From assembly GCF_032444005.1 (NCBI RefSeq), contig NC_091285.1, positions 661,354,001 to 661,418,000 on the forward strand: DNA of 64,000 nucleotides. The letters run 5' to 3'. Numbering within the stretch: position 1 is the first letter of the stretch; each line of letters begins with the position of its first letter. Made by a program: the position numbers and the translations under genes. The DNA comes from Ranitomeya imitator (lineage: Eukaryota). The notes below the pieces were generated by a model. It made no database searches. It was not told the origin of the DNA and worked only from the letters and a program-made list of their open reading frames with translations. This document shows, in pieces, positions 37,155-49,150 of the stretch.

Positions 37155-37719
37155 CCCCTTTACCCCCAAGGGTGGTTTGCACGTCAATGACCAGGCCAAT
37201 TTTTACAATTCTGACCACTGTCCCTTTATGAGGTTATAACTCCGAAACGCTTCAACGGATCCTGGTGATTCTGACATTGTTTTCTCGTGACATATTGTAC
37301 TTCATGATAGTGGTAAAATTTCTTTGATAGTACCTGCGTTTATTTGTGAAAAAAATGGAAATTTGGCGAAAATTGTGAAAATTTCGCAATTTTCAAACTT
37401 TGAATTTTTATGCAATTAAATCACAGAGATATGTCACACAAAATACTTAATAAGTAACATTTCCCACATGTCTCCTTTACATCAGCATAATTTTGGAACC
37501 AATTTTTTTTTTGTTAGGGAGTTATAAGGGTTAAAAGTTGACCAGCAATTTCTCATTTTTACAACACCATTTTTTTTTAGGGACCACGTCTCATTTGAAG
37601 TCATTTTGAGGGGTCTATATGATAGAAAATGCCCAAGTGTGACACCATTCTAAAAACTGCACCCCTCAAGGTGCACAAAACCACATTCAAGAAGTTTATT
37701 AACCCTTCAGGTGTTTAAT

Positions 37720-39600
37720 AGGAATTTTTGGAATGTTTAAATAAAAATGAACATTTAACTTTTTTACACAAAAAATATACTTCAGCTCCAATTTGTTTTA
37801 TTTTACCAAGGGTAACAGGAGAAAATGGACCCCAAAAGTTGTTGTCCAATTTGTGCTGAGTACGCTGATACCCCATATGTGGCAGTAAACCACTGTTTGG
37901 GCGCATGGGAGAGCTCGGAAGGGAAGGAGCGCCGTTTGACTTTTCAATGCAAAATTGACAGGAATTGAGATGGGACGCCATGTTGCGTTTGGAGAGCCAC
38001 TGATGTGCCTAAACATTGAAACCCCCCACAAGTGACACCATTTTGGAAAGTAGACCCCCTAAGGAACTTATCTAGAGGTGTGGTGAGCACTTTGACCCAC
38101 CAAGTGCTTCACAGAAGTTTATAATGCAGAACCGTAAAAATAAAAAATCATATTTTTTCACAAAAATTATATTTTTGCCCCCAATTTTTTATTTTTCCAA
38201 GGGTAAGAGAAGAAATTGGACCTCAAAAGTTGTTATCCAATTTGTCCTGAGTACGCTGATACCCCATATGTGGCAGTAAACCACTGTTTGGGCGCATGGG
38301 AGAGCTCGGAAGGGAAGAAGCGCCGTTTGACTTTTCAATGCAAAATTGACAGGAATTGAGATGGGACGCCATGTTGTGTTTGGAGAGCCACTGATGTGCC
38401 TAAACATTGAAACCCCCCACAAGTGACACCATTTTGGAAAGTAGACCCCCTAAGGAACTTATCTGGATGTGTGGTGAGCACTTTGACCCACCAAGGGCTT
38501 CACTGAAGTTTATAATGCAGAGCCATAAAAATAAAACAAAATTTTTTTCCCACAAAAATTATTTTTTATCCCCCAGTTTTGTATTTTCCCTAGGGTAACA
38601 GGAGAAATTGGACCCCAAAAGTTGTTGTCCAATTTGTCCTGAGTACGCTGATACCCCATATGTGGGGGGGAACCACCGTTTGGGCGCATGGGAGGGCTCG
38701 GAAGGGAAGGAGCGCCATTTGGAATGCAGACTTAGATGGAATGGTCTGCAGGCGTCACATTGCGTTTGCAGAGCCCCTAATGTACCTAAACAGTAGAAAC
38801 CCCCCACAAGTGACACCATTTTGGAAAGTAGACCCCCTAAGGAACTCATCTTGATGTGTTGTGAGAGCTTTGAACCCCCAAGTATTTCACTACAATTTAT
38901 AACGCAGAGCCGTGCAAATAAAAAATATTTTTTTTTCCACAAAAATTATATTTTAGCCCCCAGTTTTGTATTTTTCCAAGGTTAGCAGGAGAAATTGGAC
39001 CCTAAATGTTGTTGTCCAATTTGTCCTGAGTACGCTGATACCCGATATGTGGGGGGGAACCACCGTTTGGGCGCATGGGAGGGCTCGGAAGGGAAGGAGC
39101 ATCATTTGGAATGCAGACTTAGATGGATTGGTCTGCAGGCGTCACATTGCGTTTGCAGAGCCCCTAATGTACCTAAACAGTAGAAACCCCCCACAAGTGA
39201 CCCCATATTGGAAACTAGACCCCTCAATGAACTTATCTAGATGTGTTGTGAGAACTTTGAACCCCCAAGTGTTTCACTACAGTTTATAACGCAGAGCCGT
39301 GAAAATAAAAAATCTTTTTGTTTTCCCACAAAAATTATTTTTTAGCCCCCAGTTTTGTATTTTCCCAAGGGTAACAGGAGAAATTGGTCCACAAAAGTTG
39401 TTGTCCAATTTGTCCTGAGTACGCTGATACCCCATATGTGAGGGTAAACCCCTGTTTGGGCACACAGGAGAGCTCGGAAGGGAAGGAGCACTGTTTTACT
39501 TTTTCAACGCAGAATTGGCTGGAATTGAGATCGGACGCCATGTCGTGTTTGGAGAGCCCCTGATGTGCCGAAACAGTGGAAACCCCCCAATTATAACTGA
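37720..39600. repeat. ~390-bp tandem repeat, 5 diverged copies, inside the piggyBac-like element
   Basis: GAGTACGCTGATACC recurs at 37858, 38249, 38641, 39028 and 39417. Confidence 0.92.
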
Positions 39601-40014
39601 AACCCTAATCTAAACACACCCCTAACCCTAATTCCAACGGTAACCCTAACCACACCTCTAACCCAGACACACCCCTAACCCTAATCCCAACCCTATTCCC
39701 AACTGTAAATGTAATCTAAACCCTAACCCTAACTTTAGCCCCAACCCTAACTNNNNNNNNNNNNNNNNNNNNNNNNNNNNNNNNNNNNNNNNNNNNNNNN
39801 NNNNNNNNNNNNNNNNNNNNNNNNNNNNNNNNNNNNNNNNNNNNNNNNNNNNNNNNNNNNNNNNNNNNNNNNNNNNNNNNNNNNNNNNNNNNNNNNNNNN
39901 NNNNNNNNNNNNNNNNAGCCCTAACCCTAACCCTAGCCCTAACCCTAGCCCTAGCCCTAACCCTAACCCTAGCCCTAACCCTAGCCCTAACCCTAGCCCT
40001 AACCCTAGCCCTAA
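39601..40014. repeat. Interstitial telomere-like array (CCCTAA/CCCTAG variants) spanning an assembly gap
   Basis: (CCCTAA)/(CCCTAG)n on both sides of the Ns at 39753-39917. Confidence 0.9.
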
Positions 40015-41489
40015 TGGGAAAATGGAAATAAATACATTTTTTTTTATTTTTCCCTAACTAAGGGGGTGATGAAGGGGGGTTTGATTTACTTTTATAGCGA
40101 GTTTTTTAGCGGATTTTTATGATTGGCAGCCGTCACACACTGAAAGACCCTTTTTATTGCAAAAAATATTTTTTGCAATACCACATTTTGAGAGCTATAA
40201 TTTTTCCATATTTTGGTCCACAGAGTCATGTGAGGTCTTGTTTTTTGCGGGACGAGTTGACGTTTTTATTGAAAACATTTTCGGGCACGTGACATTTTTT
40301 GATCGCTTTTTATTCCGATTTTTGTGAGGAAGAATGACCAAAAACCAGCTATTCATGAATTTCTATTGGGGGGGGCGTTTATACCGTTCCGCGTTTGGTA
40401 AAATTGATAAATTAGTTTTATTCTTCGGGTCAGTACGATTACAGCGACACCTCATTTATATCATTTTTTTATGTTTTGGCGCTTTTATACGATAAAAACT
40501 ATTTTACAGAAAAAATAATTATTTTTTGCATCGCTTTATTCTCAGGACTATAACTTTTTTATTTTTTTGCTGATGATGCTGTATGGCGGCTCGTTTTTTG
40601 CGGGACAATATGACGCTTTCAGCGGTACCATGGTTATTTATATCTGTCCTTTTGATCGCGTGTTATTCCACTTTTTGTTCGGCAGTATGATAATAAAGCG
40701 TTGTTTTTTGCCTCGTTTTTTTTTTTTTTCTTACGGTGTTTACTGAAGGGGTTAACTAGTGGGACAGTTTTATAGGTCGGGTCGTTACGGACGCGGCGAT
40801 ACTAAATATGTGTACTTTTATTGGGTTTTTTTTTTATTTAGATGAAGAAATGTATTTATGGGAATAATATTTTTTTTTTTTTTCATTATTTTGGAATATT
40901 TTTTTTAATTTTTTTTACACATTTGGAAAAAATTTTTTTTAACTTTTTTACTTTGTCCCAGGGGGGGACATCACAGATCAGTGATCTGACAGTTTGCACA
41001 GCACTCTGTCAGATCACTGATCTGACATGCAGCGCTGCAGCCTTCACAGTGCCTGCTCTAAGCAGGCTCTGTGAAGCCACCTCCCTCCCTGCAGGAACCG
41101 GATCCGCGGCCATCTTGGATCCGGGGCTGGAGGGAGCAGGGAGGGAGGTGAGACCCTCGCAGCAACGCGATCACATCGCGTTGCTCCGGGGGTCTCAGGG
41201 AAGCCCGCAGGGAGCCCCCTCCCTGCGCGGTGCTTCCCTGCACCGCCGGCACATCGCGATCATCTTTGATCGCGGTGTGCCAGGGGTTAATGTGCCGGGG
41301 GCGGTCCGTGACCGCTCCTGGCACATAGTGCCGGATGTCAGCTGCGATAAGCAGCTGACACCCGGCCGCGATCGGCCGCGCTCCCCCCATGAGCGCGGCC
41401 GATCGGCTATGACGTACTATCCCGTCCAGGGTCAGATAAGCCCAGGGCACCTCGACGGGATAGTACGTCTAAGGTCACAGAGGGGTTAA

Positions 41490-42183
41490 TAATCGGGCCA
41501 GCTCGGCTACCTTGGTTTCGCCGTTTTTCTGCAACTCTGGGTTCCATCCTCGTTTCTCTTCAGGGCAGGTTGAGTCTTCGGACTGTCCTGGTGTGGATAC
41601 TGTGGTGGACAGGTTACAGCAGATTTGGACTCATGTAGTGGACAATTTGACCTTGTCCCAGGAGAAGGCTCAACGTTTCGCTAATCGCAGACGCTGTGTG
41701 GGTCCCCGACTTCGTGTTGGGGATTTGGTTTGGTTGTCATCTCGTCATATTCCTATGAAGGTTTCCTCTCCTAAGTTTAAGCCTCGTTTCATTGGTCCGT
41801 ATAGGATTTCTGAGGTTCTTAATCCTGTGTCTTTTCGTTTGACCCTTCCAGATTCTTTTTCCATCCATAACGTATTCCATAGGTCATTGTTGCGGAGATA
41901 CGTGGCACCTATGGTTCCATCTGTTGATCCTCCTGCCCCGGTTTTGGTGGAGGGGGAGTTGGAGTATATTGTGGAGAAGATTTTGGATTCTCGTGTTTCG
42001 AGACGGAAACTCCAGTATCTGGTTAAGTGGAAGGGTTATGGTCAGGAAGATAATTCCTGGGTCTTTGCCTCTGATGTCCATGCTGCCGATCTTGTTCGTG
42101 CCTTTCATATGGCTCATCCTGGTCGGCCTGGGGGCTCTGGTGAGGGTTCGGTGACCCCTCCTCAAGGGGGGGTACTGTTGTGA
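41490..42183 (+). CDS. pol: Gag-Pol polyprotein, 3' part (integrase end + chromodomain)
   Basis: Continues ...EFAL|NNRASSATLVSPFF in frame; FKPRFIGPY; EYIVEKILDSRVSRRKLQYLVKWKGYGQEDNSWV chromodomain. Confidence 0.95.
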
Positions 42184-42997
42184 ATTCTGTGGCAGAGCTC
42201 CCTCCTGTGGTCACAAGTGGTACTTCGGCTGATTCTGTCTATGAGCTTCCGTTGGTGGATGTGAGTGGTACTGCGGCTTCTGAGTTTCCTTCCTCAGGTG
42301 ATGTGGTGAAGTCGTTAGGTGCTGCTCTATTTAACTCCACCTAGTGCTTTGCTCCTGGCCTCCAGTCAATGTTCTAGTATTGGTCTTGCTTCCTCCTGGA
42401 TCGTTCCTGTGGCCTGTCTGCTCTGCATTAGCTAAGTTTTGCTTGTGTTATTTTTGTTTGCTATTTTTTCTGTCCAGCTTGCTTTGTTGGTTTTTCTTGC
42501 TTGCTGGAAGCTCTGGGACGCAGAGGGAGCACCTCCGTACCGTTAGTCGGTGCGGAGGGTCTTGTTGCCCCCTCTGCGTGGTTGTTTGTAGGGTTTTGTG
42601 TTTACCGCAAAGCAATCTTTCCTATCCTCGGTCTGTTCAGTAAGTGGGGCCTCACTTTGCTAAATCTATTTCATATCTGCGTTTTTATTTTCATCTCAAC
42701 TCACAGTCATTATATGTGGGGGGCTGCCTTTTCCTTTGGGGGGATCTCTCTGAGGCAAGGTAGGCTTATTTTTCTATCTTCAGGGCGAGCTAGTTTCTCA
42801 GGCTGTGCTCGAGGCGCATAGGTCTGGTCAGGAGCGCTCCACGGCTACCTCTAGTGTGGTTGGATAGGATTAGGGATTGCAGTCAGCAGAGTTCCCATGT
42901 CTCAGAGCTCGTCCTATGTTTTTTGGTAATTGTCAGGTCACTTTGTGTGCTCTGAACTTCAATGTCCATTGTGGTTCTGAATTACCTGTTCATAACA
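42176..42997 (+). repeat. 3' LTR (822 bp)
   Basis: Follows the AAGGGGGGG polypurine tract; direct repeat of 32821-33643. Confidence 0.97.
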
Positions 42998-44210
42998 ATA
43001 CGGTTCCAGAGATATGGTCCTTTTTACTTAGTGTTAGTTTTTTTGGTCTTTACCAAAGGGGAGTATCTCATAGGATTTTATGGGGGCGTGTCTTTAGAAT
43101 TCTTTGTCCACTTGGTAAAGAGCATAAAAATTAGCGTTACATAAAAAAAAAAAGGTTAATATCTCTGAAACCATATGACAGGTTTTAAAAAACAAAAAAA
43201 GCTAAATACTCAGGGAAACAGAGGGAAAATATAAGAATAAATGGCCTGGATCTTGACCTGGTGATTGGATTTCTTTAACCCCTTTCCGACGTTGGGCGTA
43301 ATAATACACCCAATGTCGGAATCCCTCCCTTTGATGTAGGCTCCGGTGCTGAGCCTACATCTTTTCTGACACATGTCAGCTGTTTTGAATGTGCCTCTAA
43401 CAGCTGCGGGTGGAATCGCGATCCACCCGCAGCTGTTAACCTGTTAAATGCATTTAACTCGCGCTTACCGGAAGCGCGTTGGAAATCTCGCCCGTCGGTG
43501 ACCCTGTCACGTGATCGCGAGTCTCCAATGGGTCGGCATGACAACCAGAGGTCTGAAGCAGACCTTTATGGTTGTCATTGCTGGATTGCTATGAGCGCCG
43601 CCCAGTGGTCGGCGCTCATAGCAGGTGAGTGTTTCTGCTACACACAGGCGATCTGATCATCACCTGTATGTAGCAGACCTGATCGGACAACTGCAGCTTC
43701 TAGTCTCCCATGGAGACTATTGAAGCATGCAAAAAATTAAAAAAAAAGTTTTTAAAAATATAAATATAAAAAAAAATAAAATCTAAAAGTTCAAATCACC
43801 CCGCTTTCGCCCCATTCAAAATAAAAAAATAAAAAAATCAAACCTACACATATTTGGTATCGCCGTGTTCAGAATCACCAGATCTATAATCTATAATATA
43901 ATGCTGGGAGCGTCACTCTGTCCGAAGCCTTTATAGACTGCGCAGGCGCAAGCGCCGGCGCAGTCTGACCCCCACAGAGTAACGCTCCCAGGAGATCGCG
44001 GTATGCGTAAGCACTGTAAGACGGCATACCGCGATCTCCACCGGAGAGTCAGGGACCGCCAGGAGGGTAAGTATATTCACCTTTCCCCGTTCCAGCGCTG
44101 CGTGCGGCTCCGTCTCCCGGCTCCTCTGCTGTGACAGTTCAGAGGGCGCGACGACGCGCTTAATGCGCGCCGGCGCCGCCCTCTGACCAGTCACAGGCAG
44201 AGGAGCCGGA

Positions 44211-45500
44211 GTGTGTCTTCAAGAAAATGGTGCCGGAAAGCGCGGACTGCGCAGGCGCCGATTCCGGCAGCAGGAATCGGCGCCTGCGCAGTCCGCGCTT
44301 TCCGGCGCCATTTTCTTGAAGACACACTCTGGCTCCACTTGAATACATGAGAACCAAAAGGAGTTTGTTTAAAAGAGTACAAAAACAATCTTTATTGAAT
44401 AACAATATTGACAATACAGACAAAAAACATAAATGCAACTACACACTATAGACGAATGTGAATGAAGGCACCAAAAACATAAGGCTAGTGCTGCGAAAAA
44501 ATACATCTGATGTCCCTGCTATGAGGATAAATGCTGGTGAGGAAATCCCTGTCTCTATCATTGGTAAAACCAAACCCTTCCTCCAACTATATCGTGAGTC
44601 CCTTGGGGTCAATTAAGCATTGCCCAGGCAAACTGCAGGTGTGTCTTCAAGAAAATGGCGCCGGAAAGCACAGACTGCGCAGGCGCCGATTCCTGCTGCC
44701 GGAATCGGCGCCTGCGCAGTCCACACTTTCCGGCGCCATTTTCTTGAAGACACTCCGGCTCCACTGCAGGTGTGTCTTCAAGAAAATGGCGCCGGAAAGC
44801 GCGGACTGCGCAGGCGCCGATTCCGGCAGCAGGAGGACGAAGAAAATGGGCGGAAAGGAATGGCGTAAGTAACAAATTGCTGTGGCATGAAGCTGTGACA
44901 CTTCATGCCACAGGAATTTGTTATTTACGCCACCTGATTCCTTTCCACCGCCATTTTCTTGATCCTGCTGCCGGAATCGGCGCCTGCGCAGTCCGCGCTT
45001 TCCGGCACCATTTTCTTGAAGACACACTGCCGGCGCCATTTTCTTGAAGACACACTGCAGGTGTGTCTTCAAGAAAATGGCGCCGGAAAGCGCGGACTGC
45101 GCAGCCGCCGATTCCGGCAGCAGGAGGACGAAGAAAATGGGCGGAAAGGAATGGCGTAAGTAACAAATTGCTGTGGCATGAAGCTGTGACACTTCATGCC
45201 ACAGCAATTTGTTATTTACGCCACCTGATTCCTTTCCACCGGCATTTTCTTGGTCCTGCTGCCGGAATCGGCGCCTGCGCAGTCTGCGCTTTCCGGCGCC
45301 ATTTTCTTGAAGACACACTGCAGGTGTGTCTTCAAGAAAATGGCGCCGGAAAGCGCGGACTGCGCAGGCGCCGATTCCGCCAGCAGGAGGACCAAGAAAA
45401 TGGCGGCGGAAAGGAATCAGGTGGTGCAAGTAACAAATTGCTGTGGCATGAGGCTGTGGCACTTCATGCCACAGTTATTTGTTACTTACGCCACCTGATA
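44211..45500. repeat. Array of long GC-rich palindromic (foldback) modules inside the Helitron
   Basis: 44211-44327 has 55-bp arms and a 7-nt loop; the arm recurs in both orientations up to about 45390. Confidence 0.9.
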
Positions 45501-45584
45501 CGGGGCATATACTATGGAGCATCTTATGGAGCAGCGTATGGGGCATAAGGATTGGAGCAGTAAATTAAAGAACGATGCCGCAGA

Positions 45585-46020
45585 ATGGGAGCAGCACATG
45601 ACAGAACGGGGGTGCAGGATGGGAGCAGCACATGACAGAACGGGGGCGCAGGATGGGAGCAGCACATGACAGGATGGGAGCAGCAAATGACAGAACGGGG
45701 GCGCAGGATGGGAGCAGCACATGACAGAACGGGGGCGCAGGATGGGAGCAGCACATGACAGGATGGGAGCAGCAAATGACAGAATGGAGGCGCAGGATGG
45801 GAGCAGCACATGACAGAACGGGGGCGCAGGATGGGAGCAGCACATGACAGAACGGGGGCGCAGGATAGGAGCAGCACATGACAGGATGGGGATGCAGGAT
45901 GGAGCAGCACATGACAGAATGGGGGCGCAGGATGGAGCAGCACATGACAGGATGGGGACGCAGGATGGAGCAGCACATGACAGGATGGGGACGCAGGATG
46001 GAGCAGCACATACCAGGATG
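45585..46020. repeat. Minisatellite (GGATGGGAGCAGCACATGACAGAACGGGGGCGCA-like) inside the Helitron
   Basis: Direct tandem copies. Confidence 0.9.
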
Positions 46021-46718
46021 GAGACCATATACCAATATAAATGCTCGCCACCCGGGCGTAGAACGGGTTCAATAGCTAGTCTATCAATATAAAAAAAGAA
46101 ATAACATGATTGCTAAACAGCGTAAGGAGGAAAAATTCAAAACGTCAGAATTGCAGTTTTTTGGTCGCCGCTACATTGCAATAAAATGCAATAACGGGCG
46201 ATAAAAAAAATCATGTCTGCACCAAAATGGTATCAATAAAAACGTCAGCTCAACGCACAAAAATAAGCCCTCTCCCAACCCCAGATCACAGAAAATGGAG
46301 ACCCTACACATCTCTGAAAATGGCGGCATTTTTTTTTTTTTTTTACCAAAGTTTGGATTTTTTTTCACCACTTAGATAAAAAAGAATCTAGACATGTTTG
46401 GTGTCTATGAACTCATAATGACCTGGAGAATCATAATGACAGCTCAGTTTTAGCATTTAGTGAACATGGTAAACAAAAAAAAAAAAAAAAAACAACTGTG
46501 GAATCGCACTTTTTTTGCAATTTCACCACACTTGGAAGTTTTTTCCTGTTTTCCAAGTACACGATATGTTAAAACCAACGGTGATGTTCAAAAGTACAAC
46601 ATGTCCCGCAAAAAACAAGCCCTCACATGGCCAAAATGACCGAAAAATAAAAAGGGAAGAAGGGGAGCAAAAAACGAAAACGCAAAAACGAAAATACCTC
46701 TGGTCATGAAGTGATTAA

Positions 46719-48179
46719 AGAAGTCATCCACCTGTTCTCTTCAACATATTCATTAGTGATCTGGTAGAAGGTTTACACAGTAAAATATCGATATTTGCAG
46801 ATGATACAAAACTATGTAAAGCAGATAATACAAGAGAAGATAGTATTCTGCTACAGATGGATCTGGATAGGTTGGAAACTTGGGCTGAAAGGTGGCAGAT
46901 GAGGTTTAACAATGATAAATGTAAGGTTATACACATGGGAAAAAGGAATCAATGTCACCATTACACACTGAACGGGAAACCACTGGGTAAATCTGACAGG
47001 GAGAAGGACTTCGGGATCCTAGTTAATGATAAACTTACCTGGAGCAGCCAGTGCCAGGCAGCAGCTGCCAAGGCAAACAGGATCATGGGGTGCATTAAAA
47101 GAGGTCTGGATACACATGATGAGAGCATTATACTGCCTCTGTACAAATCCCTAGTTAGACCGCACGTGGAGTACTGTGTCCAGTTTTGGGCACCGCTGCT
47201 CAGGAAGGATATAATGGAACTAGAGAGAGTACAAAGGAGGGCAACAAAATTAATAAAGGGGATGGGAGAACTACAATACCTAGATAGATTAGCGAAATTA
47301 GGATTATTTAGTCTAGAAAAAAGACGACTGAGGGGCGATCTAATAACCATGTATAAGTATATAAGGGGACAATACAAATATCTCGCTGAGGATTTGTTTA
47401 TACCAAGGAAGGTGACGGGCACAAGGGGGCATTCTTTGCGTCTGGAGGAGAAAAGGTTTTTCCACCAACATAGAAGAGGATTCTTTACTGTTAGGGCAGT
47501 GAGAATCTGGAATTGCTTGCCTGAGGAGGTGGTGATGGCGAACTCAGTCGAGGGGTTCAAGAGAGGCCTGGATGTCTTCCTGGAGCAGAACAATATTGTA
47601 TCATACAATTATTAGGTTCTGTAGAAGGACGTAAATCTGGGGATTTATTATGATGGAATATAGGCTGAACTGGATGGACAAATGTCTTTTTTTCGGCCTT
47701 ACTAACTATGTTATGTTACTATGTTATGTTACTTGGACAACTTCTTGTCACACCCCTTGCTTGGTTGGCCCCAATAAAATAATAAAGCCTATACTCATCT
47801 CCTATGCCGGTGCCATTCCCGCGGTGTCGGCAGTCGCTCTTCTCGTAGCCCTCGTGTGGTACGTTGTGACACATGACACAGGCGCCCAATCAACGCTGGC
47901 GTCACTCTCCCCGTCTTCAGACAAATTGAACAGGAAGAGGAAGTCCTGGATCAGCGGCAGCCCGGACTTCCTCTTCATGATCGATTTGTCCGAAGGTGAT
48001 GCCAGAGTTGATTGGTTGCCGGCGTCATGTGTCACAACACACCACATGAGAGCCCCGGGGAGAGTGAGTGGCGACACTGCGGGAATGGCTCCAGCGCCGG
48101 AGGGGAGTATAGGCTTTATTATTTTTTGGGGGCCAACATTTTGATCAATAAGGGGTTGTCATAGTAGTGGACAGCCCCT
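46719..48179. mobile_element. T2-type MITE whose left TIR is interrupted by CR1 copy 2
   Basis: AGAAGTCATCCAC|CR1|TACTTGGACAAC matches the reverse complement of the right end (AGGGGCTGTCCACTACTATGACAAC); TTAA at 46715 and 48180; palindromic body 47740-48179. Confidence 0.7.
46730..47732 (+). mobile_element. 5'-truncated CR1 LINE (copy 2), roughly 98% identical to copy 1 by visual count
   Basis: Same RT C-terminal frame (tracked ORF 46857-47615) and same 3' tail. Confidence 0.95.
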
Positions 48180-48399
48180 TTAAGGTAAAAATGTTTGGGT
48201 TAAGGGTAAAGTCCCTAGTGGTCTATACCGGCAAAGGTTTACATGCTGGAGATATAGGCAATGAAGACCCCTGAGGAAAGGACCCTTAAACAACGGTCCT
48301 ATATGTTGGGACAACTACGGTAACTGTTTTGCCTATTAGAGTAATACAGAATAGAAACAAATGTCTTTGTGTAAGAGGAAATATTTGTCTTCCGAGACA

Positions 48400-49150
48400 A
48401 AGAAGGAAGTGGTGTCTGGTCTTATTTTAACCAGATCTCGATAAAAAAAATTTTGGGGAATATCTTCACTTCGTGGTCGGGATCTTCAGATATCAGACCA
48501 TGGAGAACATTTATCTTTATACTAGGGAAAAAAAATAATGATATTCTAGCCGAGACTTGCTCCTTGCCCCACGTCTTACCACAGACTAATGACTTTTTTT
48601 TATTGCCTGGCCTTCAACCCAACCTGGTTTTGATCCAGACTATTCGGAATACTTATCTAATAGGAGTTCTACTCAGAACATTCACGTTGATTCATCATTT
48701 GGCCACAATGATCGTATTTCCTGGTAGATTTTCAAACCGTCCTCCAACAGAGGATCTGTCTGCTGTAACAATCTCTCCGGGATCTTCTCTGGGTCATTGT
48801 TCTTCAGCACTTTCTCCATGTAGATGTCCTGTGGTGAGATCCATGTACACGGGACACACTCTGCATCCGACACATGTTATTATCACAGCCCGTACAAGCG
48901 TCTGGTTGTCTTTCCACTATATACACCAGGAACTGGGCTTCCATTATACTGAGCCACAGACCTTACAGACCCCTGTGGAGCCGGTTCGGGTCTCTCAGTT
49001 CTGTATTTCCATAGAGGAACATTATGTTTGGCCGGCGTGCAATAGGATGGGTGGTAGATGTTGAATTTGGTCGCAGAATAACAGTATGGATATTGTTAGA
49101 AGTGATGGGGAGATGCGAGGAGGTTGGGGAACAGTTCAGATAACTACAAC
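48400..49150 (-). pseudogene. Degenerate L1-like ORF2 (RT N-terminal region) remnant
   Basis: PIT..I..VI, PQDIY...K..DPEK, LL...LKIY and PGWVEGQA occur in L1 order but with stops and indels. Confidence 0.35.

Larger units (their letters stand above)
37155..41485. mobile_element. Non-autonomous piggyBac-like element (~4.3 kb including an N gap)
   Basis: TTAA at 37151-37154 and 41486-41489; CCCCT...AGGGG termini; interrupts the integrase exactly; no transposase. Confidence 0.85.
32821..42997 (+). mobile_element. Full-length chromodomain-bearing Ty3/Gypsy (Tf1/sushi chromovirus) retrotransposon, interrupted by a 4.3-kb DNA element
   Basis: LTRs 32821-33643 and 42176-42997; 6-bp TSD ATACAG/ATACGG; PPT 42164-42172; single gag-pol frame. 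Confidence 0.98.
32714..43274. mobile_element. Old T2-type MITE split by the Gypsy insertion (own sequence 32714-32820 and 42998-43274)
   Basis: TTAA at 32710-32713 and 43275-43278; the two halves are inverted-complementary once the Gypsy element is removed. Confidence 0.7.
43883..46079 (+). mobile_element. Non-autonomous Helitron (2197 bp)
   Basis: Inserted between A and T with no TSD (empty site GATCTATCAATA); 5' TC, 3' CTAG preceded by a GC hairpin (46046-46068). Confidence 0.85.
43279..46714. mobile_element. Second non-autonomous piggyBac-like element, host of a Helitron
   Basis: TTAA at 43275-43278 and 46715-46718; CCCCTTTCCGAC left end; degenerate right end; subterminal palindrome 43285-43320. 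Confidence 0.7.

Noticed and set aside
39601-40014. True chromosome end or misjoin at the telomere-like gap
   Set aside because: The TTAA duplication, the pol reading frame and the LTR/TSD pair all match across the gap, so the array is internal.
44160-46092. Large GC-rich ORFs (e.g. 271, 182 and 180 aa)
   Set aside because: Products of palindromic modules and a minisatellite inside the Helitron; no Rep/helicase motifs.
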